From contig JAQGDQ010000028.1 in the NCBI GenBank assembly GCA_030141605.1, positions 62,001 to 126,000 of the forward strand: a DNA stretch of 64,000 nt. The letters are read 5' to 3'. The position numbers and the translations under genes are program-made. Origin of the DNA: Tubiluchus corallicola (taxonomy: Eukaryota; Animalia; Priapulida). This document shows positions 27,550 through 38,330 of this stretch, in pieces; position 1 is the stretch's first letter, and every line of letters starts with the position of its first letter. The notes below the pieces were generated by a model that was given only the letters and a program-made list of their open reading frames with translations, was not told the origin of the DNA and searched no databases.

Positions 27550-27660
27550 CTCTTTAGCTTCAATGATGGCTCTGTACTGCGTGGAGATGCCGTGGATCTG
27601 CAACTCTGCCGAGTCTGCTCTTTCTGAAAGCTCCACACAGTGTCGCTGCAATCGCTCATT
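27550..27660 (-). CDS. TRIP11: TRIP11 coding exon 3
   Basis: NERLQRHCVELSERADSAELQIHGISTQYRAIIEAKE resembles vertebrate [37 protein letters not shown]; ctttcag/gtattg boundaries; 111 nt. Confidence 0.92.
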
Positions 27661-28497
27661 CTGAAAGTAATATTGCAGGTCACATCAGGTAGGTGGTCAT
27701 TGGATAGCTGAGTGATACAGTAGTTCTTATTCACTTGGATTTAATACTCACCCTAAACGGTTTTATTTGCTATACTGATTGTGACTGTTACCTCACTGAA
27801 GGGTGTACATACATTAAACACATCTGAACATAGTTAAGACACCTCTGCCCCCAGTTCAGTAGAATCTTAGAAGACTGTCATTGATAATGAGCCAGGCTAA
27901 GTAGGCATTGTCACAATAAATCATGGATTGGATTGTTATGTGCCAAAGTGTACAAAGTACATACCACTGAAAAAGCTGTGTACAAAATTGCATAGTACTG
28001 GTAAAGTAAATGTGCAAAAATGTGCTTTGATTTCAAAATGGAAATCAGATTAGAAATCAACATTAATAACTATTGATGAAGAATTACAGGCTATACTTTA
28101 TCATAAGAATATCATTTGTTGCATATTACAACACTTCATTTATGGCACCATAGAAAACATCATAATAATTGCACAAATTTCCAGTTTTAAGTGCCATCAG
28201 TGCTAAAAAAGTTTCATAGTCCTTCCAAAAAAATTTCATTCTCTACATTTTTTCCATGGCAACTGTGATCAAATCAACAAAAAATGAACAGAAATGTATC
28301 ATTGACAGCTTGGACCAATTCCTGCAGAATGTTCAACAAAACAGACATCATAGGCATGTCCAGCAATTTTTTATGCCCCCCCCCACAACAACAACAACGG
28401 TAAATCATCGGCAATGACAATGACCGGACTGACCACTTGGACCATACCCTTGGAATGGATCCAATAATAAATAATAATTTAATTAAAAAATATCAAC

Positions 28498-28574
28498 CTC
28501 AGCACATTTTCCTTGTAAAACTGCTTCCAGTTCAAAAATTTTCCGTTGGGCAATTTGAAGTTCAGTAGCATGAT
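28498..28574 (-). CDS. TRIP11: TRIP11 coding exon 2
   Basis: ttttccag/gttgat boundaries; phase 1 to 0; DHATELQIAQRKIFELEAVLQGKCAE. Confidence 0.85.
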
Positions 28575-29052
28575 CTGGAAAATAAAAAATTGGTAACTCA
28601 CATAATTATCTGAATTATACCGATTTTCCTTTAGTTTCGTTTGCTCATTTAAGACAATTATTCCATATGGCTATAACAGCATATAGTGACTTGTTATGCG
28701 TATACTGCAAAAAATTAAATGCATCAACACTGTCATAGTTATTACCAAAATGAAGCGCAGATGTACATATAAACTTTAAAATTGGAGCTACGATGCAACA
28801 GCACAGCAACTGTTACGTATGCACTACAGAACTGAAAAAAGCTAATGGCAGCTAATTGTGATTCTACAAAATATTTAGTTATAAATTAATGAGTAACACG
28901 TAATGCATATTTTTCCATACTGACAGCAAGCAGAGAATGATTCATAACACAAAATTGTAAACTTGAGCGAATATTAAACACACTGAAAGACAAACAGCTT
29001 GTATCACATGTAACAGCTGGTTTATCCTACCATTGCCACCATGTACAATTAT

Positions 29053-29127
29053 ACACACACACACACACACACACATGCACGCGCACACAGACACACACAC
29101 ACACAGATATATCTATATATATATATC
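29053..29127. repeat. Compound (CA)n/(TA)n microsatellite
   Basis: Directly visible acacacac...atatatat runs. Confidence 0.9.
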
Positions 29128-29349
29128 TGTACATTTACACAGACAAGTAATCAGAAGCAAAACATCAAAGGCAGGAGACCTTATTTCTGCATTTACTAGA
29201 AAAGCATCCCAAATTCTGAATCTCCACATGCCAAAACTGGGACATCTGCAGCAAAAGGACTCTGTGCTAACAGCCTTCTGGGCTACCTGTACTTCATAGA
29301 ACTAAATCTGATGTTACAGCCTTACAGCTTTATCCTAGATTTTCCCACA

Positions 29350-29430
29350 GACAGCTGAGCAGGTCAAGGAGTTGGATTTGCAACTCAATACTTTTTGGTT
29401 CAAATCCAGGCGTATTTGTGAGTTTCTCAC
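29350..29430 (+). mobile_element. tRNA-derived SINE head remnant
   Basis: A-box-like cagctgagcagg and B-box ggttcaaatcc at tRNA spacing; does not fold into an intact cloverleaf. Confidence 0.45.
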
Positions 29431-30216
29431 ATTTAGCCAATTATAGTTTCCAAAGCAATTTAATAATATGGATTCACTCCATCATAAGCCAATAATTCTG
29501 AAATAAGCATTTGGAAGAAGTACAGTAACGGATGTAAAAAAAATAGCTCAGGGATTGGAGTTTTATGGAGTAATATTAGCATAACTGCTGAATAGGTAAA
29601 CTGCTATAAAATATTTTTCAACTAACAATTTTAGGTTCCTTCTCCAGGCTACAGAGAGCTATAAAGCTAAACTGAAACTTCATGGTGCAACTGGTGATTG
29701 AAAAACCTTCCAAATCAATTCTTATTTAGCAGAGAACAATTACTGCAGTATTAATCTACTCCTGCAAATGGAGATGATTTGCTCCGTTTCTGGTGGACTA
29801 ATTGTAGGAAACTGCTCAGCCGATCACATTATTAATAATTTCAATACTCTTTTCCAATGAAAACAAAAACCGATTTATAACAGCTAAACAAAAAGCATTA
29901 GACTGTCCAGATAATGAGTTTCGCTGTCAGAAAAGAAGGGGATAACAGCTGTATGGTGAGGTACATAACCCTTTATAAATCCCATGCACTCTTTTGATAC
30001 AGTTCGTCAAGTTTCAAATTGGAATCAAGCACTCAAAAGCAAGGCCTATTATTGTTGCTGAATGTTTGTAACATAACCAGAAAAAAGCTAATAATTAAGA
30101 ATACCCTCTAAGATGACACATCAAATCAACAAATGTTTCTTAGCTATGTTTAGATGTTAATATACAGCATTATAGTCGAGGCGGTATGGTAGACAAAATC
30201 ACCAAAAGCAATTTCC

Positions 30217-30821
30217 CAGGGATTGGATCCGGATCTGTATGTGCCAGATCTGAATCTGGTTCCGGTTCTACAAGTTAATGTAGGCAATGTTCGTTTTCAG
30301 GGTCACTGAGTAATTATGTATTGTAATTTTGAACACCTGAACAGAGCTTTAATTCTTTATTACATATACTGTTTAATCCTATTTGTAGGGTTTAAAGTAA
30401 AAAAAACTGCCAAACTACATTTTTGCTGGAAATTGCTCTAAATTTTTAGCAGACATTTTTGTGAAATTACTATCTTTCCATGCTATTTGCAGCAAGAAAC
30501 CACAACATGAAGATTGCTGGTATCATGTGCATCACAAGCATGGCGGCATTAAAAATCGATAGTCTTGTACATTCCAAAATTTTTAATAGAAATCCTTCGT
30601 ATTCTTTGAAAAAATTAAGACTGTTCAGGTAATTAAGCTGTTATGTATAATTTTTTCCTACCCACACTAATTTTTTCATAATCGGTGTACAAACGGTAGT
30701 TTTACACATAGCAAAATAAAAATGCAAACAGTACAAAATCCAACAAACATTTCTGTCGGATCTGCATCGGATCCAGATCCATTAAAATTAACGGAACTCA
30801 ACCGGATCCGGTACATCCCCA
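30217..30821. mobile_element. Older hAT-like MITE with ccggatcc subterminal repeats
   Basis: Left cagggattggatccggatc and right ggatccggtacatcccca are degenerate inverted repeats; GGATCC/GGATCT repeats cluster at both ends; TSD not clearly preserved. Confidence 0.55.
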
Positions 30822-32005
30822 CATACACCATGCTGAAATTATTGAAGCTCTGACAATTTCCATCAAGTAAAACTAATTTTTTAAATGATTTGCAATTTAA
30901 ATGTTTCTCTTTATTAATAACACACAATCTGCCATTGGTTAGAGTTTTTAATGCAGCATCATGCTCTGTACAGTACTCATGCCACAGTTAACCATTCACT
31001 CATTTATTGTAAAAGTAATGAACAAATGGTTCAAATTTGCCTGCCATGGTGATTGCCCCACCAACCTTAGTACAATTTAGATCTTCAATTGACGATTACT
31101 TTGTAAAAAATATAAGGTTTCTATGCGTGTACACACTGACAGTAAATCAGAATAAATATCCAGCAAAGCAGTGTGTATGTGTGTCTATCAAAAACTTGAA
31201 CTCAGACATAGATATCACCATAACACTTGCTATAACCCAGGCTAGATTGCAGTTTAGGTGGTTCTTTTTAAGGTACTCTCACATCGCCCAAATCAGAAAT
31301 ATTGCTGAAAGCAGGGCTTCAATAGAAAGATGCATCCTTTATTTTTCACACTGATGTAAAGAAAAGTTGAAACTACCTCCTATTTATAAAAAACTTAATT
31401 TTAAAGAACTTACTGTTAGCCTCACAAGAATGGACTAAGATTGAGCGATTTCATGAAATATTTTCATTTGGGAATTAGCAGAGAGCGATAACTATTTTTT
31501 TTTTTGGAAAGGCAGTGCAACCAGCAACGCAGGGTTGTGGTTATACAACAAAATAATTAATATTGGAACGTACGATAATTTGAGGCTTCATACCATACAA
31601 AAAATGTGACGGCATGAAGACTGTTAATTAGTTAGTTAGTTAGCTAGCTAAGCTAGTCTGTTAGTCAATCAATTGGTTTTGACGAGTTTACGGTATGGCA
31701 GGCAGAATTGGGCCGCTTGGCGTTCTTGGTGGCTTGGCATTCTTGACGGCTTGATGGAGCGGGAGGAGAGGTTTGGAGTGGGAAGGCAGAGTGTCGGCAG
31801 TAGGACTGATATAGGAAGGTAGTAGGGTGTAATTAGAACCACCTAAACTGAAAGTGTGCCACTTGTTAGCTGTTTTACAATTGTCCTATTTTTTCACACA
31901 GTTCAATTTTACTTATAAGACGGTCGCTGCATAATAAGATGGTAATACATTACTACAAGCAGTAATGAAGCCGCTACCTTAATCAAATATAACTTTAACC
32001 GTTAC

Positions 32006-32102
32006 CTGCCACTTCTTCTGTACTTTCAGATAGAACTTCTTTTGTTAAATTTGACAATTGTCCTGTCAAACTTGATAAACCACTACCTATCCACGAAGAC
32101 AT
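32006..32102 (-). CDS. TRIP11: TRIP11/GMAP-210 golgin coding exon 1 (ALPS-like amphipathic N-terminus); CDS in window = complement join(32102-32006,28574-28498,27660-27550,26070-25804,21836-21762,16618-16465,14190-14096), 292 aa, 3' incomplete
   Basis: MSSWIGSGLSSLTGQLSNLTKEVLSESTEEVA resembles human TRIP11 MSSWLGGLGSGLGQ...[24 protein letters not shown]; donor G|gtaacg; all seven exons are phase-compatible. Confidence 0.93.
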
Positions 32103-32348
32103 GCCATTAACTTTTCGCCGTATGTGAAAAAAACTAAAAAATACACTCTTACAACACGTCGCCAAAAGTTTGTTGATGTGATGGCAGCACGTACCAGGTT
32201 TTCGATTATGATGCCACCCGTGTTGCCATTTGGAACTAAAAGTGATGAGAAAGTTGTCCTGTATAGTTGGCTATTTATTATCGTGACAAAGTTATCAGTT
32301 TCTCATCTGCACAATTTTGACTAATACATAAATTAATACTGCGGCCTG
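32103..32348. promoter_or_regulatory. Probable bidirectional promoter and 5' UTRs shared by TRIP11 (-) and YIF1 (+)
   Basis: Divergent start codons at 32102 (-) and 32349 (+) with 246 bp between them. Confidence 0.7.
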
Positions 32349-32373
32349 ATGGACTCGTCTGGCACTAGACATC
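32349..32373 (+). CDS. YIF1B: YIF1 coding exon 1; full CDS = join(32349-32373,39256-39369,40280-40503,40778-40882,41862-41998,42882-43037,43667-43760,44554-44745), 348 aa
   Basis: ATG GAC TCG TCT GGC ACT AGA CAT C|gtaagt (MDSSGTRH); consensus donor; phase 1 matches the exon 2 acceptor. The exon is short, so it is less certain than the downstream exons. Confidence 0.7.
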
Positions 32374-32571
32374 GTAAGTGTAGGTGGTATAATAATTATT
32401 TTGCCTGCTTAGTAAGTTAGCGGCATTTGCAACTTGAGTTATGCAGTGAGTCAGTGCCTCACCTAAACTAATAGTAATACATTAATTTAGTAGCTTGCAA
32501 GAGTTATTTCTTGGTTTATAGTGTAGTGTCAAGTTTGTCGACGTTTGTTCTGACCTAAGCTAAAGCTCTAG

Positions 32572-32777
32572 CGCCAGTATACATGCGTGTTGTTAGTTTT
32601 ATCAACTTTACCCCTTTTGCAAAGTTGCTCTTTTGTTTTCAACTTCTTTGTTTTTCGGGTTGCGCTCTGCTTTCTAGTTACAACCTCGTTGCTTTGCGAG
32701 TTACAATAAAGTTGTTAAATTTATTCTTGTCGTCTTGGTGTTTGGGACAAAGCTGGTACATTCTTTAATTAATGGCG
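32572..32777 (+). repeat. 5' LTR (206 bp)
   Basis: cgccagtatac...ttaatggcg; identical by eye to 38354-38559; AATAAA at 32705-32710 followed by a GT-rich tract. Confidence 0.95.
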
Positions 32778-32795
32778 TGGTGGCTGCCGGTGTGA
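32778..32795 (+). other. Primer-binding site (tRNA-Leu-like, imperfect)
   Basis: TGGTGGCTGCCGGTGTGA lies directly after the LTR and begins with TGG (complement of tRNA CCA); it resembles the Leu PBS TGGTGGCAGCGGTGGGA. Confidence 0.6.
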
Positions 32796-33008
32796 CTACG
32801 AACTACGTACTCAGAAAAGCCAGTGGACCTTATAAATGGTTTGTCGAGAGTGTACATGCATCTGTCTAAATCTAACCAAAACCAGTCAGCTTATTCCATA
32901 GCTGTAAAGACGTAAGAATTCAAATTTATCAGCGCAAGTTTCGAAAGAACTAGTACTAATAATCACCCACGTGACTGATTACTAGTCACCCTCAATTTGT
33001 GTTAGAAT

Positions 33009-35411
33009 ATGGCCACTACTCGTGCTCCAAAACAGTGGTGTCTGACAAAGCAAGAGACAATTACATCATTTGAAGCATGGCGCCAAAATTTGCAATACAC
33101 TCTATCGCTAGATCAGAATTTTGCAGAATTTTTAGTTGAAGATGCGACCTGGCATAAGAAAACAAATGCAGCACCTTTACGAGGTCTGCAAGATGATGAT
33201 GAAAATGTTCCCATCGCAAACCGCCGAACAGCCGAACAAAAGACCACTCATCTGGACTTAATGCTGGGACAGATTGCCAACTATTGTCCGATTATTTCCA
33301 GAAATTCCATTGTCAAAAACTCAACGTCATTGACTAGTATATGGCAAACAATTAGACAGCATTTCGGATTCCAAACAACAGGTGGTCATTTTTTGGATTT
33401 TAATAATATTCATATGCAGCCAGACGAACGTCCAGAAGATCTTTTCCAGCGTTTAAATAGTTTCATTGAGGATAACCTCTTACGCGCTGCAGGTGGTATA
33501 CAGCATCACGGTGAGAATCCAATTCGTGATGAGGAAATTACACCTACCTTAGAGAACCTAATCATTCTGACTTGGCTTCGACTTTTACATCCTGGGCTAC
33601 CCAGCTTCGTCAAGCAAAAGTACGGTACAGAGCTAAGATCAAAAACACTTGCCTCACTGAAGCCAGAAATTTCATTGGCACTAGATTCTTTGCTAGAGGA
33701 ACTTCAGGCATCAGCCAATGCTAAAGTGTTACGCACAGCCTTCCAACAGTTTCCAGATTATTCCAAACGCAAACAGCCATTGATTCGGAAAAAGCAACCG
33801 CGTCGTTCAACAAAAATTTGCCCGTTATGCAAACAAGCGGGTCGTGCTAAATTTCAACATTTTCTCAGTACGTGCCAGTACCTACCAGAGGAAGATAAGG
33901 AATATTTCGCCAGAGCCCGTCAGACCATCAGCTTTGAGGAAGACTACAGTCAAGACAGTGCAGATAGTTGTCATAACATTGACACAACAGAGCCTGACGC
34001 CGGTGACGATGATGAGTGTGCTTCCCATAATCTCCGTTGTGTGTCTACCGCACATCGAGTCTGCACAAAACAATCACCTCATTTGAAAGTTTTCTACAAA
34101 CATCATCCAATCTACATAACCCTAGACACGGGTGCTGAAACCAGCATGATCAAAGAAGCTATTGCCCATCTAATTGGTGTTCCTATTCAGCAAACTACAC
34201 AGTCCGCTTTGCAAGCTGATGGGGTTACACCATTGGACATCATAGGTGAAACACGCATAACTGTTACTCGAAATGCTCACAATCTCTGTTTAGAAGCCCT
34301 AGTAGTGCGTAATTTGGATGTTGATATCTTGGCTGGAACTCCTTTCCTCATAGCTAACGATATCTCAGTTCGTCCCGCTCGGAAAGAAGTTTGCATAAAA
34401 GGCTCAGACACTGCTAAATATGATATTCCCCTTGCCAACACCTCCAAAAGTAGTATTTGCTATGCCCATGTTCTGCGTGCACCCTCAACTCCTACTATGA
34501 TTTGGCCTGGCGAGTACTTAGAGTTATCACTCCCCTCTTCTGTGGACCCTGACAGCCTTTTAGCCATAGAGCCTCATACCGACTATGCCAAAACCACCTC
34601 ACTATGGCCTCAACCTGACATAATTGAAGCTGTAGCAGGAAAAATCCGCATACCAAATATTTCTTCTGATCCACTTACAATACCCAAACACGCACACATT
34701 TGCAAGACCTATTCGGTAACTAGTTCCAAACTTACTACTAATAGCCAGGATTCCCAAAACCTACCCCAGGCTCAAATGCATAATGCCAAGCAGAACCCAC
34801 CAGTTCGTTACTCAGATGCCGTCACTGTTGACCCAGATAACATCCTAAACCCGCAATCTCGTGCCAACTTCAAGAAGCTACTACAAGACTATGATGGCAT
34901 TTTTAGCCCCAATATCAGTGGATACAATGGTGCTGCTGGCAAGTTCGCATCCAAAGTCAATATGGGTCCCGTACAGCCCCCACAGCGCAAGGGCAGAGTA
35001 CCTCAATACTCACGAGATAAACTCACAGAGCTGCAAGCAAAGTTTGATGAGCTTGAAGCACAGGGTGTAGTCCGTCGCCCTGAAGATGTTAATGTTACTG
35101 TCAAATACCTAAACCCCTCATTCTTAGTCAAAAAGCGCAGAGGTGGTCATCGTCTTGTAACAGCCTTTTCAGATGTTGGCAGATATAGCAAGCCCCAGCC
35201 ATCTTTAATGCCTGATGCCAACACTATCCTACAAGCTATCGCCCGTTGGCGTTACATCATTGTATCTGACCTAACTGATGCTTCCTATCAGATTCCATTA
35301 GAACATTCTTCTATGAAATATTGTGGGATAGCTACTCCATTCCGTGGCATCAGAGTGTACACCAGATGTGCCATGGGCATGCCTGGTTCTGAAACGGCAC
35401 AGAAGAATTAA
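33009..35411 (+). CDS. Retroelement Gag-protease-RT(N-half) polyprotein, truncated by a 1-nt deletion at 35400/35401
   Basis: Zinc knuckle CPLC-X9-H-X4-C; aspartic protease LDTGAETS; RT motifs YLNPSFLVKK, IIVSDLTDASYQI and YTRCAMGMPGS. The ORF ends in GSETAQKN*, where restoring one T gives GSETALEELMCR. Confidence 0.9.
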   Translation: MATTRAPKQWCLTKQETITSFEAWRQNLQYTLSLDQNFAEFLVEDATWHKKTNAAPLRGLQDDDENVPIANRRTAEQKTTHLDLMLGQIANYCPIISRNSIVKNSTSLTSIWQTIRQHFGFQTTGGHFLDFNNIHMQPDERPEDLFQRLNSFIEDNLLRAAGGIQHHGENPIRDEEITPTLENLIILTWLRLLHPGLPSFVKQKYGTELRSKTLASLKPEISLALDSLLEELQASANAKVLRTAFQQFPDYSKRKQPLIRKKQPRRSTKICPLCKQAGRAKFQHFLSTCQYLPEEDKEYFARARQTISFEEDYSQDSADSCHNIDTTEPDAGDDDECASHNLRCVSTAHRVCTKQSPHLKVFYKHHPIYITLDTGAETSMIKEAIAHLIGVPIQQTTQSALQADGVTPLDIIGETRITVTRNAHNLCLEALVVRNLDVDILAGTPFLIANDISVRPARKEVCIKGSDTAKYDIPLANTSKSSICYAHVLRAPSTPTMIWPGEYLELSLPSSVDPDSLLAIEPHTDYAKTTSLWPQPDIIEAVAGKIRIPNISSDPLTIPKHAHICKTYSVTSSKLTTNSQDSQNLPQAQMHNAKQNPPVRYSDAVTVDPDNILNPQSRANFKKLLQDYDGIFSPNISGYNGAAGKFASKVNMGPVQPPQRKGRVPQYSRDKLTELQAKFDELEAQGVVRRPEDVNVTVKYLNPSFLVKKRRGGHRLVTAFSDVGRYSKPQPSLMPDANTILQAIARWRYIIVSDLTDASYQIPLEHSSMKYCGIATPFRGIRVYTRCAMGMPGSETAQKN

Positions 35412-37879
35412 TGTGTCGGATCCTCGGTGACTCTCTCCAAGATGGCTTTGTTTCTAAATTAGCAGATGACCTCTATTGTGGAGGTGATACCCCTGAAGAA
35501 CTCTTGGACAATTGGCATCGGGTTCTTGACGCTCTTCACAAGTCTAACATCCACTTATCTCCCACAAAGACTATCATCTGTCCAAAGTCAACCACCATAC
35601 TAGGATGGATCTGGACACAAGGCAACATTGCCGCTAGCCCTCACCGCATAGCCACCTTATCAACATGCCCTGCACCAGATACAGTCCATGGTCTTCGATC
35701 ATTTATTGGTGCATATAAAGTACTTGGACGTGTCTTACCTGGCTGTTCCCTTGTGTTAGCCCCTCTAGAGGATGCCATCGCTGGACTGCAGTCACGTGAC
35801 AAGCTGCAGTGGACCGATGAATTACACCACCATTTTGCTGCTGCCCAAAAGGCTCTATCTATGCACAAATCCATAATTTTACCAGTACCTTCAGATCAGC
35901 TGTGGATAGTAACTGATGGATCTGTCACTAAAAGGGGAATTGGTGCTACTTTGTATGTTACCCGCAATTCCAAATTATTTCTTGCCGGATTCTTCAGTGC
36001 CAAGTTACGCAAACACCAGGTTACATGGTTACCTTGTGAGGTAGAAGCCTTGTGCATTGCTGCTGCTGTCAAACATTTTAGTCCTTTTATTATACAGTCG
36101 ACTTCTCACCCCTGCGTACTAACGGACAGCAAACCATGTGTTCAAGCTATAGAAAAGCTTTGTAGAGGCGAATTTTCTGCCAGTCCTCGTGTCACGTCAT
36201 TTTTATCCACCGTAAGCCGCTACCAGGTAACTGTCCGGCACCTCTCAGGAAATGCCAATATTCCTTCGGATTTTGCAAGCAGAAATGCACCTGAGTGCAA
36301 CGAACCACATTGTCAGATCTGCTCATTTATCATACAGACCGAAGATTCTGTTGTCCGTTCCGCCTCAGTGCAGGACATCATCAATTGTACTGCTCCATTG
36401 CCCTTTACCACCAGATCAGCATGGAGGGACATCCAGTCTGGCTGTCCAGATTTGCGTCGCACTCATGCCCACCTTCGGCAAGGAACGCGTCCGTCAAAGA
36501 AATGCACTAACATCAAAGATGTTAAAAGGTACCTCAATGCCGCTACAATTGCTAAGGATGGCTTATTGGTTGTGCATCGTCATGAGCCATTGCACCCTTC
36601 CATGGAGCTCATCGTGGTTCCACGTTCTGTTCTGGAAGGCCTTCTCACAGCTCTTCACATAAAGCTTAGTCACCCTACAAAGCATCAGCTTCAGCTCGTT
36701 ACCAGGCGCCACTTCTTTGCTTTGGACATGTCAAAGTCCATTAATCGAGTTACTGACTCATGCCACATGTGCTCGTCTCTGAAAAAGTTTCCCCAAAGTC
36801 TTATTAGCCAGTCATCTGATTCTCCTCCCAATGCTGTTGGTCTGTCATTTGCTGCGGACATTCTTAAACGTCATCGCCAACTTATCCTAGTAGTGCGAGA
36901 AACATCCACTTCTTATACGAATGCATGCATCGTGCCAGATGAAAGAAGCGACACCTTTCGTGAAGCTCTTGCTTGCCTTTGCTTAGATCTTCACCCTCCA
37001 GATGGCCCTCCTGCAGTAGTCAGAGTGGATCCTGCTCCTGGCTTTTGTGCTCTTTCCAATGACAGCACTCTTCTGCAACTTGGTCTTTCTTTGGAAATTG
37101 GACGTATCAAAAATCCAAATAAGAACCCAGTTGCAGAGCGTGCGATCCAGGAATTGGAAGAAGAACTTTTGCGCCACGAACCTGGAGGCGGACCCGTATC
37201 CCGTTTAGGTTTGTCTATGGCTCTCGCTCGCTTAAATTCTCGCATCCGCCATGGCGGTTTGTCCTCCCGGGAGTTATGGACACAGCGCGACCAGTTCTCT
37301 CATGATCAGCTACCCATTTCTGACAGAGATACTATCATATCCCAACACATGCAGCGCCAGGCCAATCACTCACACAGCGAATCCTCTAAATGTCCCAGTA
37401 GACGAAATCCTAATCACTCTGTTATCAATATAGGAGACTTGGTCTACCTTTACTCAGATCGCGATAAATCCCAGGCACGCAGCAGGTATCTTGTCACTGG
37501 TATTGATGGGGAATGGCTCTTTATAAAAAAATTTATTGGTTCGCAATTGCGTGCCTCATCTTATAACGTAAAGCACTCTGAATGTTATTTAGTTCCGACC
37601 CACACAGACCATGACAAGTATCCTCCGCCTCTGTTAAAACATAGTTTCTGCGAGGATGACGATGACTCCGAGGCCGTGTCCGCCTTTCCAATTCCCCATC
37701 AACCATTGATACCCACCACTCTTTCTTCACCCCCATCTGACAGCTATACAGACAAGGCATCTGCTGTCCCTCAGCAGTTGTTCCCGACTTTGGACACTTC
37801 AACCGAGCAATCTATCCCTCCAGCCACCGATTATTCTCATCCAAAACGCAGTCGTCGCCCCCCCAAAAAAACTTGCTGA
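35411..37879 (+). CDS. Retroelement RT(C-half)-RNase H-integrase (continuation of frameshifted gag-pol)
   Basis: KLADDLYCGG (RT); WIVTDGS...EVEAL...LTDSKP...SDFASRN (RNase H); H-X4-H...CHMC zinc finger; D/D/E residues in FAADIL, VRVDPAPGF and NPVAERAIQ; GPY/F-like IGDLVYL domain. Confidence 0.92.
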   Translation: MCRILGDSLQDGFVSKLADDLYCGGDTPEELLDNWHRVLDALHKSNIHLSPTKTIICPKSTTILGWIWTQGNIAASPHRIATLSTCPAPDTVHGLRSFIGAYKVLGRVLPGCSLVLAPLEDAIAGLQSRDKLQWTDELHHHFAAAQKALSMHKSIILPVPSDQLWIVTDGSVTKRGIGATLYVTRNSKLFLAGFFSAKLRKHQVTWLPCEVEALCIAAAVKHFSPFIIQSTSHPCVLTDSKPCVQAIEKLCRGEFSASPRVTSFLSTVSRYQVTVRHLSGNANIPSDFASRNAPECNEPHCQICSFIIQTEDSVVRSASVQDIINCTAPLPFTTRSAWRDIQSGCPDLRRTHAHLRQGTRPSKKCTNIKDVKRYLNAATIAKDGLLVVHRHEPLHPSMELIVVPRSVLEGLLTALHIKLSHPTKHQLQLVTRRHFFALDMSKSINRVTDSCHMCSSLKKFPQSLISQSSDSPPNAVGLSFAADILKRHRQLILVVRETSTSYTNACIVPDERSDTFREALACLCLDLHPPDGPPAVVRVDPAPGFCALSNDSTLLQLGLSLEIGRIKNPNKNPVAERAIQELEEELLRHEPGGGPVSRLGLSMALARLNSRIRHGGLSSRELWTQRDQFSHDQLPISDRDTIISQHMQRQANHSHSESSKCPSRRNPNHSVINIGDLVYLYSDRDKSQARSRYLVTGIDGEWLFIKKFIGSQLRASSYNVKHSECYLVPTHTDHDKYPPPLLKHSFCEDDDDSEAVSAFPIPHQPLIPTTLSSPPSDSYTDKASAVPQQLFPTLDTSTEQSIPPATDYSHPKRSRRPPKKTC

Positions 37880-38330
37880 CTACGTTACCTGAATTTTATC
37901 CTTTTTCTTCAGCATTTACATATCAAGTTGTAAGCGTGCCTTTTTGACTTTATAATGTAAGTTACACACAAATTTTGTATTGCGTTTTTGAGTAACATAA
38001 TCTGATAATATTACCCTAAATCATTGACTTCATGCTAAGTTCTATTATAGTCGTGCTGTATTTCTTTGGTCATCTGTGTATTACCTCTTTCTATATGTAA
38101 TACTGTGACAGCTATCGTTAATGCACTTATATTCGCATTACTGTATAAGCACATACTGTTTTCATGATAAACAACGTATATTAATGTTGTGCACCGCACA
38201 TCGTAGATTGCGATAGTTCATAAATTACATTCTATATCGTTTGTATTGTAATTCTAGTTACAAGTTTCACCTTTTGTGTCATATTACATGTATACTAAAT
38301 GTTGTTTGATTTTGTTTCTAGCCATCGTTT

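Noticed and set aside
31020-31105. WFKLPAMVIAPPTLVQFRSSIDDYF as a CR1 LINE tail
   Set aside because: Plausible, but only ~25 codons of weak similarity; not enough to list as a feature.
32583-32768. Identical 61-aa hydrophobic ORFs at 32583 and within 38299-38550 as small proteins or an env remnant
   Set aside because: They are translations of the T-rich LTRs; there is no env-like ORF between pol and the PPT.
35409-35413. TAATG stop-start overlap as a programmed termination-reinitiation or frameshift signal
   Set aside because: It falls inside the RT catalytic core, has no slippery heptamer, and is fully explained by loss of one base from CTA in the expected ETALEELMC.
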